Shown in pieces: positions 37,611 through 46,803 of a stretch of DNA of 64,000 nt (within the stretch, counting starts at the first letter, position 1; each line of letters opens with the position of its first letter). The notes under the pieces were generated by a model, which saw only the letters and a program-made list of their open reading frames with translations, was not told the DNA's origin and did no database searches. The translations under genes and the position numbers were made by a program. Source of the DNA: Candidatus Omnitrophota bacterium (GTDB lineage Bacteria; Omnitrophota; Gorgyraeia; Zapsychrales; Fredricksoniimonadaceae); assembly GCA_963828495.1 (NCBI GenBank), contig CAWHFJ010000022.1:22964-86963 (forward strand). The letters run 5' to 3'.

Positions 37611-38339
37611 ATGAAAAATTACTTATCGCGGTTAAACCCGGATTCTTTAGCTTTGCTGCGTTCTATTGGCCTGCTGGCCCAAGCCCAGGGCGTTGCGGCT
37701 TATCTGGTCGGCGGACCGGTTAGAGATTTGATATTAAAACGTCCTTGTACTGATTTGGACATTGTTGTGGAAGGCAACGGTATCCGTTTGGCGGAACATT
37801 TTGCCGCGGCCATCAGCGGGGCTCACCTGGTGCGTTATCCGGCTTTTAGGACAGCAACGGTCCATTTACCCGACACTCGCTTGGTTGATTTTGCTACGGC
37901 CCGCCAGGAAACATACACGCGGGGCGGCGCTTTTCCGGCGGTTAGACCTTCAGGTATTAAACATGATCTTGGACGTCGGGATTTTACCATCAATGCCATG
38001 GCTATTGCCATTAATCCTAAAACTTGGGGTAAAATCATAGATCCTTTTGCGGGAAGAGTTGATCTGCGTTTGCGCAGGATCCGCATTCTGCATGCCAAAA
38101 GTTTTTTGGATGATCCCACGCGTATTCTGCGTGCGGCCCGGTTTAAAGCACGGCTTGCCTTCAGGATGGAGGCCTCGACATTGAAAATTTTAAAATCCGC
38201 CATAAAAATTAAAGTGCTTGATACAATCAAGCCGCAGAGGTATCTTAAGGACTTTAATAAAATCCTTAAAGAGCCCAGATCGCAAGAAGCGATTCAATGT
38301 TTAAAAGCTTGGAATGCCTATCATCAAAGGAGTATTTAG
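37611..38339 (+). CDS. tRNA nucleotidyltransferase/poly(A) polymerase family protein (short form)
   Basis: 242 aa. Head-domain motifs YLVGGPVRDLIL....DLDIVV and RRDFTINAMA, then RILRAARF. It lacks the long C-terminal body of typical CCA-adding enzymes. Confidence 0.7.
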   Translation: MKNYLSRLNPDSLALLRSIGLLAQAQGVAAYLVGGPVRDLILKRPCTDLDIVVEGNGIRLAEHFAAAISGAHLVRYPAFRTATVHLPDTRLVDFATARQETYTRGGAFPAVRPSGIKHDLGRRDFTINAMAIAINPKTWGKIIDPFAGRVDLRLRRIRILHAKSFLDDPTRILRAARFKARLAFRMEASTLKILKSAIKIKVLDTIKPQRYLKDFNKILKEPRSQEAIQCLKAWNAYHQRSI

Positions 38340-38693
38340 ATGCGTATCGAGAAGGTCAATTCATCAATTAAACGGGAGCTTGGAGTCATGCTTGAGTTGG
38401 GAGAAATCAGCGACCCGAGGATTTCTTTTGTGACTATTATGAGTGTTGATGTCAGCAAAGATTTGCAACATGCCCGGGTCAAGTTTAGCACGCTTTCCGA
38501 TGCTCCCAAGGACATCCAGGCCGCGGTCAAAGGTTTCGAGAGCTGCCGTGGGTATATCCGCAAGCTGATCAGCCAGCGCCTGGAGCTGCGCTACACGCCG
38601 GAATTTCATTTTATTTATGACAAGAGCGTCAAGTATGCGGCGGATATTGATAAAACTTTGGAAGAAATTAAACAACTGAAAAGTCATATTTAA
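38340..38693 (+). CDS. rbfA: ribosome-binding factor A
   Basis: 117 aa. R..KV...I.RELG..L...I.DPR...VTI..V.VS.DL..A.V.FS. Confidence 0.85.
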   Translation: MRIEKVNSSIKRELGVMLELGEISDPRISFVTIMSVDVSKDLQHARVKFSTLSDAPKDIQAAVKGFESCRGYIRKLISQRLELRYTPEFHFIYDKSVKYAADIDKTLEEIKQLKSHI

Positions 38694-38710
38694 GCAGGGA
38701 GGCCAAGGGG

Positions 38711-39673
38711 ATGAGAGCTTTTAACGCGGTTTTAAATGTCATCCGGCACAACCGGAAATTTTTAGTGACCACCCATCATAACCCCGATGCTGATGCCTTG
38801 TCTGCGGCGCTGGCGATGAGTCTATTTTTAAAAAGTCAGGGTAAGCAGGTTTATGTACTCAATGAAGACGCGTGTCCTGATTGGCTTAAGTTTTTGCCGG
38901 CCATCTCCAGTCTCAAAAAGGCGAGTGACGTTAGAGGCTTGGATTATGATGCGGCTATTGTACTCGATTGCGGCGACTTAAAGCGCATTGGCGGGGTCAG
39001 GCGATTGATTCAAGAAGACAAACCTTTAGTCAATATCGATCATCATCTGACTAACGAGCGCTTTGGCAGTATCAATGTCGTTGACACCAAAGCTTCTTCC
39101 TCCTGCGAGATGATATTCGATTTCTTTAAAGAAGCCGGGTATCCTTTGAACCGGAATTTGGCACGCCTGTTGTATGCGGGCATTATGACCGATACAGGTT
39201 CATTCCGTTGGGAGAATACTTCCGTATCTTGCCATCATAAGATAGCCGAGCTTATGTCCTATCAGATTTCAGCGCCCCAGATGTATGACCGTCTTTACGT
39301 CGGTATACCGGTGGCGGATATGAAACTTTTTACGCAAGTGATTCATGATGCCCGTTTGCTTTATGGCAATAAAGTTTATTGTGTAACTTTACCTAAAAAA
39401 ATAGAATCCCGTTTTTCCAAGAGTTTTGATTTAAAAGAAAAACTGTTCACCTTCTTGCGTTCGGTGGATGGCATTGAAGTGATCATTATTTTAACGCAGT
39501 TAAATTCTAAAGAAACGAGGGTCAATTTGCGCAGCCAAGGACATGTTAACGTGGCCCGGTTGTCCCAACAATTTGACGGCGGAGGTCATCGTAAAGCGGC
39601 CGGCTGTAAAATCTATCAGCCGTTAGCTGTTGCCCAAAAAACGATTTGTCGGGCTGTGGGTAAAGTCTTATGA
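38711..39673 (+). CDS. nrnA: DHH/DHHA1 phosphoesterase (NrnA-like oligoribonuclease/pAp phosphatase)
   Basis: 320 aa. HHNPDADALSAALA, VNIDHH, and C-terminal GGGH.KAAG. Confidence 0.8.
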   Translation: MRAFNAVLNVIRHNRKFLVTTHHNPDADALSAALAMSLFLKSQGKQVYVLNEDACPDWLKFLPAISSLKKASDVRGLDYDAAIVLDCGDLKRIGGVRRLIQEDKPLVNIDHHLTNERFGSINVVDTKASSSCEMIFDFFKEAGYPLNRNLARLLYAGIMTDTGSFRWENTSVSCHHKIAELMSYQISAPQMYDRLYVGIPVADMKLFTQVIHDARLLYGNKVYCVTLPKKIESRFSKSFDLKEKLFTFLRSVDGIEVIIILTQLNSKETRVNLRSQGHVNVARLSQQFDGGGHRKAAGCKIYQPLAVAQKTICRAVGKVL

Positions 39674-40359
39674 GTTCTGCGACTATAGAAAATTCACTGC
39701 AAGGCATTATGCTGGTTAACAAACCTTTGGGCATCACGTCTCACGACGTGGTGGCCACGGTCCGCCGTAAGTTTAAAATACGACGCGTAGGGCATGCGGG
39801 TACGCTTGACCCTTTGGCTACCGGCGTGCTGGTTATTTTGCTAGGCAAGTCCACCCGGCTTTTTGATAAATTTGTGGCTTTTGATAAATCCTACCGGGCG
39901 ACTTTGCGCTTAGGTGTCAAGACTACAACTGCGGATATCATGGGGCAGGTATTATTGGAAAGGCCGTATGCGGACATTGACGAGACAAAGATTAAGGATG
40001 TTTTCGCGCGTTTTACCGGTGCCCTCGAGCAAAAGCCGCCCATGGTTTCCGCGGTCAAGTATAAAGGAGAGCGTTTGTATAAAATAGCCCGCCAGGGCAA
40101 GGAAGTACAACGTGCGGCTCGCAAGATTCGTATCGATGAATTAAGGATTTTGCAATGCCGTCTGCCTGATGTGGAATTTTTGATGAGTTGCTCGAAAGGG
40201 ACTTATGTGCGCCAATTAGCCGAGGATGTGGGGGAAGTTTTAGGCTGCGGAGCGTGTATTGCCCAAATCGAACGCATTAAGGTCGGCCCTTTTGAAATAC
40301 AAGATGCTGTGATGTTGAAAGATCTCAATGAAAGTCATATCCTTAAATGGCCGCTCTAA
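39670..40359 (+). CDS. truB: tRNA pseudouridine(55) synthase
   Basis: GIMLVNKPLGITSHDVV...R......KVGHAGTLDPLATGVL.ILLGK.TRL. Confidence 0.9.
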   Translation: MSSATIENSLQGIMLVNKPLGITSHDVVATVRRKFKIRRVGHAGTLDPLATGVLVILLGKSTRLFDKFVAFDKSYRATLRLGVKTTTADIMGQVLLERPYADIDETKIKDVFARFTGALEQKPPMVSAVKYKGERLYKIARQGKEVQRAARKIRIDELRILQCRLPDVEFLMSCSKGTYVRQLAEDVGEVLGCGACIAQIERIKVGPFEIQDAVMLKDLNESHILKWPL

Positions 40360-41254
40360 ACTGCATTTGAAAAAGACCTGTGTAGCCATCGGTATTTTCG
40401 ACGGGATGCACTGCGGGCATCGGTATTTGATCCAACAGATGCTATCGACGGCCCAACGCCTTAGCGCCCAACCTATAGTGATGACTTTTTTCCCCCATCC
40501 GGTCCATGTGTTGCGGCCCGATGTGAAATTGGCGTATTTATCTTCGTTACGGGACCGTTTGAGTGTGTTGGATGATTGGGGTGTGAAGGTTTGTTTGGTG
40601 GTACGTTTTAATCTTCGGTTTGCCCACATCGATCCGCAGAAATTTATTAAAAATATTTTAGTTGAAAAATTAGGGGTTAAAGCGGTGTTTGTCGGTGAGG
40701 ATTTTCATTTTGGTAAGGATAGACGCGGGGATATTGCTTTGTTTCAAAAACTGAGTGCCCTATACGGCTATGAAATGCATGCGGTGCCTCAGCTTAAACA
40801 GGGGAGAATGATTATCAGCAGCACGCGTATACGCCAATTGGTGCGTGAAGGCCAACTAAACCAGGCCGCGCGCCTGTTAGGCCGCGGCGTGTCTGTTTCC
40901 GGGACTGTAGTAAAAGGCTCACAGCGCGGTAAGAGCTTGGGTTATCCAACAGCCAATATCGCGTATGAGGCGGACATTCTTCCGCCGCAGGGGGTGTATA
41001 TCGTTCGCGCCTTGCTTGGCAAAAAAAGTTATCCCGCTATAGCCGATATAGGCACACGGCCTTCGTTTGAAAAACAGAATTCTCAATTGTATCTGGAAGT
41101 CTATATCCTTGATTTTTCCAGGGATATTTATGGTCAGCACATGCAGGTGGAATTTTTGAAGAAAATCCGCAATGAAAAGACCTTCGCCAGTCCTCAAAAT
41201 TTGATCCGTCAAATCCAAAAAGACGAATCCCTCTCCCGCAGATACTTCGCTTAA
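40328..41254 (+). CDS. ribF: bifunctional riboflavin kinase / FAD synthetase
   Basis: 308 aa. AIGIFDGMHCGHRYLI, then the kinase half G.V..G...G..LGYPTANI. Confidence 0.9.
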   Translation: MKVISLNGRSKLHLKKTCVAIGIFDGMHCGHRYLIQQMLSTAQRLSAQPIVMTFFPHPVHVLRPDVKLAYLSSLRDRLSVLDDWGVKVCLVVRFNLRFAHIDPQKFIKNILVEKLGVKAVFVGEDFHFGKDRRGDIALFQKLSALYGYEMHAVPQLKQGRMIISSTRIRQLVREGQLNQAARLLGRGVSVSGTVVKGSQRGKSLGYPTANIAYEADILPPQGVYIVRALLGKKSYPAIADIGTRPSFEKQNSQLYLEVYILDFSRDIYGQHMQVEFLKKIRNEKTFASPQNLIRQIQKDESLSRRYFA

Positions 41255-41278
41255 AACTATTGCACGTGTCTATTCGGC

Positions 41279-41748
41279 CATTGTATTTCCTTCTCAGGCA
41301 CGCTCGCCCATCGAGCTGAAAACTATTATGTATTCGGCACGGAATATTTTCGCCGTTTGCTTCGGTTTACATCAAAAATATTCTAAAGATTCTCTTCATT
41401 TGGAATATTTTTGATGTAAAGCCTCGCAAACATTTGGCGAGAAATTCCTTATTGTGCCTCACACATAATAGCTTTTCAGCTCTAGACGCGTGCATTGTAA
41501 GGGATAAATTTGTTCTTTGAAGCGACACTGTCGATTTTAGCCAAAGCAGCTCATGCTTCGAGGGAATCCCGAGGCTTTTAGGCCGAGGGATGGCTGAACT
41601 TGTTTGAGCCTTCAGCTTCCAGAGAAGCTGAAGGCGAGTTGTTCAGCCACCGAAGAAGCATGAGACCTTTGGCGTTAAAAAATCGACCAGTGAAGCGAAA
41701 AGAATAAATTTATTCCTTACAATGCGTGCCTGAGAAGGAAATACAATG
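41279..41748 (+). repeat. 470-nt nested inverted-repeat element (MITE-like or structured RNA), non-coding
   Basis: Perfect 25-nt outer arms CATTGTATTTCCTTCTCAGGCACGC (41279-41303) and their reverse complement (41724-41748) enclose two long imperfect hairpins, at 41313-41482 and 41488-41729. No credible ORF inside. Confidence 0.7.
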
Positions 41749-41793
41749 TCCTCATAAACTTGGAAAGGACTTGGAAAGAACCTATTTTGTGTA

Positions 41794-41822
41794 TTGACAA
41801 GGCCTTTAGCGAGGTTTATACT
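41794..41822 (+). promoter_or_regulatory. sigma70-type promoter of the dcw cluster (Pmra-like)
   Basis: TTGACA (41794-41799), 17-nt spacer, TATACT (41817-41822), about 40 nt upstream of the mraZ ATG. Confidence 0.55.
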
Positions 41823-41830
41823 TGCCATTA

Positions 41831-41860
41831 AGTGGAGTAAAGTGGAGGAAGGTGGAGTAA
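41831..41860 (+). promoter_or_regulatory. three 10-nt-phased GTGGAG direct repeats, putative MraZ operator
   Basis: aGTGGAGtaa / aGTGGAGgaa / gGTGGAGtaa are contiguous and end at the mraZ ATG. Position and phasing match the known MraZ-box layout. Confidence 0.45.
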
Positions 41861-42301
41861 ATGTTTTACGGTGAATACAGTCATGGTATTGACAATAAAG
41901 GCCGTTTGATTTTGCCTGCCCGGTTTCGCGAGGTGGCCCGTGAAAACGGCATTGAGAAGTTTTTTGTCACCCGCGGCTTGGATAAATGTATTTTTATGTT
42001 CGCGGAAGGCGAATGGCGTATGCAGGAGCAGCGGTTTAAGAACCTCCCCTTTACCAAAGGGGAGGCGCGTTCTTTTAACCGTATGTTTTTCTCCGGTGCC
42101 GTCGAAGTGTCGCCCGATAAACAGGGGCGTTTCATTATCCCTCAGTATCTGAAAGATTTTGCCGGCATCAAAAAAGATGCGGTGGTCATAGGCATTTCCA
42201 ATCGTATCGAAATTTGGGAAACGGCTTTGTGGCGGGAATTCTTTAGTAAATCCAGCGGGGATTTTGAGAAAACCGCGGAACATATGCTGGATGTGGATTA
42301 A
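41861..42301 (+). CDS. mraZ: transcriptional regulator MraZ
   Basis: 146 aa. MFYGEYSHGIDNKGRLILPARFRE... plus a second SpoVT/AbrB-like repeat ...VSPDKQGRFIIPQYL. Confidence 0.9.
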   Translation: MFYGEYSHGIDNKGRLILPARFREVARENGIEKFFVTRGLDKCIFMFAEGEWRMQEQRFKNLPFTKGEARSFNRMFFSGAVEVSPDKQGRFIIPQYLKDFAGIKKDAVVIGISNRIEIWETALWREFFSKSSGDFEKTAEHMLDVD

Positions 42302-42303
42302 AC

Positions 42304-43210
42304 ATGGCAACTGGCGATGACGTCCATATACCCGTCATGCCCAAGCAGGCTCTTGAATTATTGCGTTTGCCTGTCGGTGGGGTGGCGGTCGACGGGACAT
42401 TGGGTTTAGCCGGACACGCTGTGTTGATGGCCCAGGCACTGGGAGTGCACGGGCATTTGATTGGCATAGACCGCGACAGCGCCTCTTTGGCGCAGGCTAA
42501 AATACGGTTGGCTTCTCTGGGCTTAAGGGTTGATTTGTTGCAGGGGAGCTTTAGTAGCCTTGATCAAATTTTGATTACACTTCAAGTTAGCGCTGTCGAC
42601 GGAATTCTTTTAGATTTGGGGATATCGAGTTTTCAGCTGGATGATCAAAGTCGCGGGTTCGCCTTTAGATATGACGGACCTCTGGATATGAGGATGGACC
42701 CCGATGGCGGGTGCTCCAACAGCCGCGGATTTGGTCAATACTCTTAAAGAAGCCCAGCTTGAAGACATGATCAGTGAATTTGGCGAAGAACGCTTCGCCA
42801 GAAGGATTGCCGCGGCCATTGTAATGAACAGAGCCCAGGCGAAGATTACGACCACAAAAGCTTTGGCGGATATTATTTTGCGCGCTTTGCCTCATGGTTA
42901 TACGCGCGGGCGTATTCATCCGGCGACCAGGACATTTCAGGCCCTGCGTATCGCCGTTAACGAGGAATTGGAAGTTTTGGCTCAAGGGTTGGATGTGTGC
43001 TTCAAGGCACTTAAAAGCGGCGGGCGGCTATGTGTGATTTCATTTCATTCTCTGGAAGACCGCCTTGTGAAAAATAAATTTCGCGCCTGGGGCATGGCTG
43101 ACGAAGGCATAATTTTGACTAAAAAGCCTTTGGTGGCTGATAACCAGGAGTGTACGCATAACCCACGCAGCCGTAGCGCTAAGATGCGAGTCATTGAAAG
43201 GGTTCGATGA
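42304..43210 (+). pseudogene. rsmH: 16S rRNA (cytosine1402-N4)-methyltransferase RsmH, frame-disrupted (1 shift at about 42700-42745)
   Basis: HIPVM..E.L......G...D.T.G.GGH......LIGIDRD (42304-42747), then ...AADLVN.....L..I...GEERFA..IA..IV..R....ITTT..L...I... and SFHSLEDR.VK (42704-43210). Confidence 0.85.
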
Positions 43211-43590
43211 GTTTAAAAACTTATTTTAAAGTTGCCGTCTTTGCCACCATCATGTCTTTGCTGTATATTCATATGCAGATGAAAATTTTTGAATTAGCGT
43301 ATAATGGTAAAGATAAAGAAAAAATCATCCATGAATTAGCCGATACCAACGGAGCGCTGACCCATCAAATTTTGACACTCAAATCCGCTAACAATTTGGG
43401 CAATCAACTTTTGGAAAAAGAGAATAGTTTGCAGTTTATGGATCGCGGCCGTGTGATGACGGTGGTATCGTCTGCGGCATCAAGAGTGCCGGGGCTGGCA
43501 GCGCCTAAGGTTAAAGTTGAAAATCCCATTTGGAATTTATTTTCTTTTTTGGGGGCTCAGGAAGCCAAGGCCTGGGACCAAAATAATTAG
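43207..43590 (+). CDS. ftsL: cell division protein FtsL-like
   Basis: 127 aa. One TM segment followed by a coiled-coil. The position between rsmH and ftsI is canonical for ftsL. Confidence 0.55.
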   Translation: MSLKTYFKVAVFATIMSLLYIHMQMKIFELAYNGKDKEKIIHELADTNGALTHQILTLKSANNLGNQLLEKENSLQFMDRGRVMTVVSSAASRVPGLAAPKVKVENPIWNLFSFLGAQEAKAWDQNN

Positions 43591-43606
43591 ATAAACAGAG
43601 GCTAAA

Positions 43607-45316
43607 TTGTATCTGCGTAAGTATCCCCTTCGATTTGCGGTGGTGTGCATATTTTTGTTTACAGGGTTTGCATACTCCGTTGGTTTTTTGATTTTTATCC
43701 AGATTTTCCGCAGCGCCTATCTCAGCCATCTAGCCCAACGACAACATGAACATTCCATTATTCTTGAACCTAAGCGCGGGACTATATATGAGCGCAATTT
43801 GAGGGCCCTGGCGATTAATTTGCCGGTTTATTCTGTTTATGCGAATGCCCGCGCCATGCGCCAGCAACGTGATACCGATCTTGTGGTAGAAGGATTATCC
43901 AGGATTTTGAAAGTCGATGGTCAACAGATCCGTGCCAAATTAGATAAAGATAAATATTTCGTTTGGATCGCGCGCAAGGTGCCGGAAGGCATTTACCGCC
44001 AGATCAGGGATTTAAAATTACAGGGTATTGGCTTTATTAAAGAAAGCAAACGCTTTTATCCCAACCAAAGTTTGGCTGCGCATTTGGTCGGTTTTGCCGG
44101 AATGGATAATAACGGTTTGGACGGCCTTGAGCGTGATTACGATAAATATCTTAAAGGACAACCCGGTGCCGCGATTATTTTGCGCGATGCCCGCCAGAGG
44201 GAATTGATGTTTGATAAGGGTTATGTCCCGGCCGTGGATGGCTTTAGCGTGGTTTTGACCATTGATGAAACGATTCAATTTATTGCCGAGCGGGCTTTGG
44301 ATAAAATGTATAAGAAATACAACGCCAAGGGGGCGAGCATTATTGTGATGAATCCCAAGACCGGAGAAATTCTGGCTTTTGCCAACCGTCCCACTTATAA
44401 TTTGGAAGAAGCCTCTAAAAGCACGCCGGAGTCACGGACCAATCGCGCGATTGTTTTTACTTATGAACCGGGCTCAGCATTTAAAATTGTTACGGCTTCA
44501 GCGGCTTTGCAGGAGGGGGTTATCAAAGAGGGGGATATGATCAATTGCGAGCATGGTGCCTATCGCGTGGCCAATCATATTCTCCATGATCATGAGCCTT
44601 TAGGGACGATTACCTTTAAACAGGTCATTGAGCAGTCGAGCAATATCGGGACGACCAAGGTGGCCCAGCGTTTAGGTCCGCAGAGGGTGTATGATTATGC
44701 GCATCATTTTCGTTTCGGTATGAAAACCGGCATTGATTTACCCGGCGAAGCACGCGGCATGTTAAAACCCGTCAGACAATGGTCCAAAACTTCTATCGGA
44801 GCGGTTCCTATCGGGCAAGAAGTGACGGTCACGCCTATTCAGTTGCTCGGCGCTATTTCTGCTATTGCTAATGACGGGGTTTATATGCGCCCCTTTGTGG
44901 TCAAGAGTGTCAAGGACTCTCAAGGTCAAATCATCTTTCAGAATGCGCCTAAGATTTTGGATAAGGTCATTTCTAAGGCAACGTCCAGACGCATGAAAGC
45001 TATTTTGTATGGTGTCGTTCAGGAAGGGACCGGTACGAAAGCGGCCATTAAGGGAGTTACTGTCGCGGGAAAAACCGGGACAGCGCAAAAGGTGGTTGGC
45101 GGTATCTATTCACATGCACATTTTTATGCGACCTTTATCGGTTTTGCTCCGGTAGACAATCCTCAGCTGGCGGCTGTCGTAGTTTTTGATGAGCCCCACC
45201 CGGCTTATTACGGCGGCACGGTCGCAGCACCGGTTTTTGCTGAAGTGGTGGGGGATTCTTTAAAATACCTTAATGCCGGGCAGATGCCTGACATGGATGA
45301 TGATAGTGTAAGATAA
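43607..45316 (+). CDS. ftsI: peptidoglycan D,D-transpeptidase FtsI (class B PBP)
   Basis: 569 aa. N-terminal TM segment, PBP dimer domain, SxxK (GSAFK), SxN (SSN), KTG (GKTGTAQK). Confidence 0.9.
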   Translation: MYLRKYPLRFAVVCIFLFTGFAYSVGFLIFIQIFRSAYLSHLAQRQHEHSIILEPKRGTIYERNLRALAINLPVYSVYANARAMRQQRDTDLVVEGLSRILKVDGQQIRAKLDKDKYFVWIARKVPEGIYRQIRDLKLQGIGFIKESKRFYPNQSLAAHLVGFAGMDNNGLDGLERDYDKYLKGQPGAAIILRDARQRELMFDKGYVPAVDGFSVVLTIDETIQFIAERALDKMYKKYNAKGASIIVMNPKTGEILAFANRPTYNLEEASKSTPESRTNRAIVFTYEPGSAFKIVTASAALQEGVIKEGDMINCEHGAYRVANHILHDHEPLGTITFKQVIEQSSNIGTTKVAQRLGPQRVYDYAHHFRFGMKTGIDLPGEARGMLKPVRQWSKTSIGAVPIGQEVTVTPIQLLGAISAIANDGVYMRPFVVKSVKDSQGQIIFQNAPKILDKVISKATSRRMKAILYGVVQEGTGTKAAIKGVTVAGKTGTAQKVVGGIYSHAHFYATFIGFAPVDNPQLAAVVVFDEPHPAYYGGTVAAPVFAEVVGDSLKYLNAGQMPDMDDDSVR

Positions 45317-45330
45317 GAAAGAATAAAGTC

Positions 45331-46803
45331 ATGCGTTTAGGCGATTTGGTTGATGGTATTTATACCAAACCCTTACTCGGGGGTTGGGCTGATTTTGAAG
45401 TCCGTACTATTTCTTGTGATTCACGAGAGCTAGAGGCAGGCGGTTTGTTTGTCGCTTTGTCAGGAGCCAAGTTCGATGGACAGGATTTTATCGAGGATGC
45501 GATTGCCCGAGGGGCTAAAATTATAGTTAAAACGAGCGACAAGCGTGCAGGTGTGTCCAAGCCATTGGCAGGGGATGTGTGTGTGTTGGTGGTGGATGAC
45601 CCTAAATCTTTTTTGCATGGTATAGGGGGCCGTTTCTATGACAATCCATCCGGAAAAATCAAGACCATCGGCGTCACCGGCACTAACGGCAAGACCACCA
45701 TCACCTTTCTTATTGAATCTATCATTCATGCGGCCGGGCAGCGTTGCGGGGTCGTCGGCACAATCAATTCCCGCATCAATGATCAAATTATCCCCTCTAA
45801 AAATACCACTCCCGGATTTTTGGACAACCAACGCTTCCTGTCGCAATTAGTTTCCCTGCATGCGGATTATTGTGTCATGGAGGTTTCTTCCCATGCCCTC
45901 CATCAGGGTAGGGTCGACGGTATTAATTTTTCAGCGGGTATTTTTACCAATTTGACCCAGGACCATTTGGATTATCACAAGACCATGGAGAATTATTTTA
46001 AAACCAAGTCGTTATTGTTTAAGGGGCTTTCACCCGGCGCGGTGGCTGTGATCAATGCGGATGACCCTTATGGACAGCGACTTGTGCCGATGATTCAAAG
46101 TCCGATTCTGACCTATGCTATCGATCATCCGGCGGATGTGCGCGCCGAAAATATAACCTATCATTTAGACGGCAGTCACTGTGCTATTGTTTTTCCGTCA
46201 GGTCAGATCAGTGTTCATACCCGTTTTATAGGCCGACATAACATGTATAATATTTTGGCGGCATTTGCCTGGGGGGTGTCCCAAGGGTTGGATGCGGAAA
46301 CTATTCGTCGAGGCATTGAACATTTGACTCATGTGGTAGGGCGTCTTGAACCGATCGATAATAAACAAGGGTTTTTTATTTTTATCGATTACGCGCATAC
46401 CGAGGATGGTTTATTCAATGTGTTAAGGTCATTAAAAGCGGTAAGTCCTGAAAAAATTATTCTGGTTTTCGGATGCGGGGGCGACCGTGACCGTACCAAA
46501 CGTCCTAAAATGGCGCAGGTGGCCTGTGCGTTGGCGGATTACTCTATTGTCACCAGCGATAACCCGCGCAGCGAGGACCCCCAAGCCATCATTGATGAAG
46601 TGATTATGGGTTTTTCAAAGGATAATTATGAAATCTGCGTTGATCGCCGCCAGGCGATTGGACGGGCGTTAAAACTGGCCCAAAAGAATCAAATTGTTTT
46701 GATCGCCGGCAAAGGCCATGAAGATTATCAGATTTTTAAGGATCACACGATTGGGTTTAACGAGCGGGAAATTGTGAAGGGATTTCTCAATGTTTACGAT
46801 TAG
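45331..46803 (+). CDS. murE: UDP-N-acetylmuramoyl-L-alanyl-D-glutamate--2,6-diaminopimelate ligase
   Basis: 490 aa. GVTGTNGKTT P-loop, DNPR motif (TSDNPRSEDP), position in the dcw cluster. Confidence 0.9.
   Translation: MRLGDLVDGIYTKPLLGGWADFEVRTISCDSRELEAGGLFVALSGAKFDGQDFIEDAIARGAKIIVKTSDKRAGVSKPLAGDVCVLVVDDPKSFLHGIGGRFYDNPSGKIKTIGVTGTNGKTTITFLIESIIHAAGQRCGVVGTINSRINDQIIPSKNTTPGFLDNQRFLSQLVSLHADYCVMEVSSHALHQGRVDGINFSAGIFTNLTQDHLDYHKTMENYFKTKSLLFKGLSPGAVAVINADDPYGQRLVPMIQSPILTYAIDHPADVRAENITYHLDGSHCAIVFPSGQISVHTRFIGRHNMYNILAAFAWGVSQGLDAETIRRGIEHLTHVVGRLEPIDNKQGFFIFIDYAHTEDGLFNVLRSLKAVSPEKIILVFGCGGDRDRTKRPKMAQVACALADYSIVTSDNPRSEDPQAIIDEVIMGFSKDNYEICVDRRQAIGRALKLAQKNQIVLIAGKGHEDYQIFKDHTIGFNEREIVKGFLNVYD

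Noticed and set aside
41279-41748. A retron (msr/msd), IS200/IS605 end, or group I/II intron explanation for the nested inverted repeats.
   Set aside because: No reverse transcriptase, TnpA/TnpB or intron-encoded ORF lies nearby. I could not recognise any conserved intron domain signatures. The feature is kept as an unexplained element instead.
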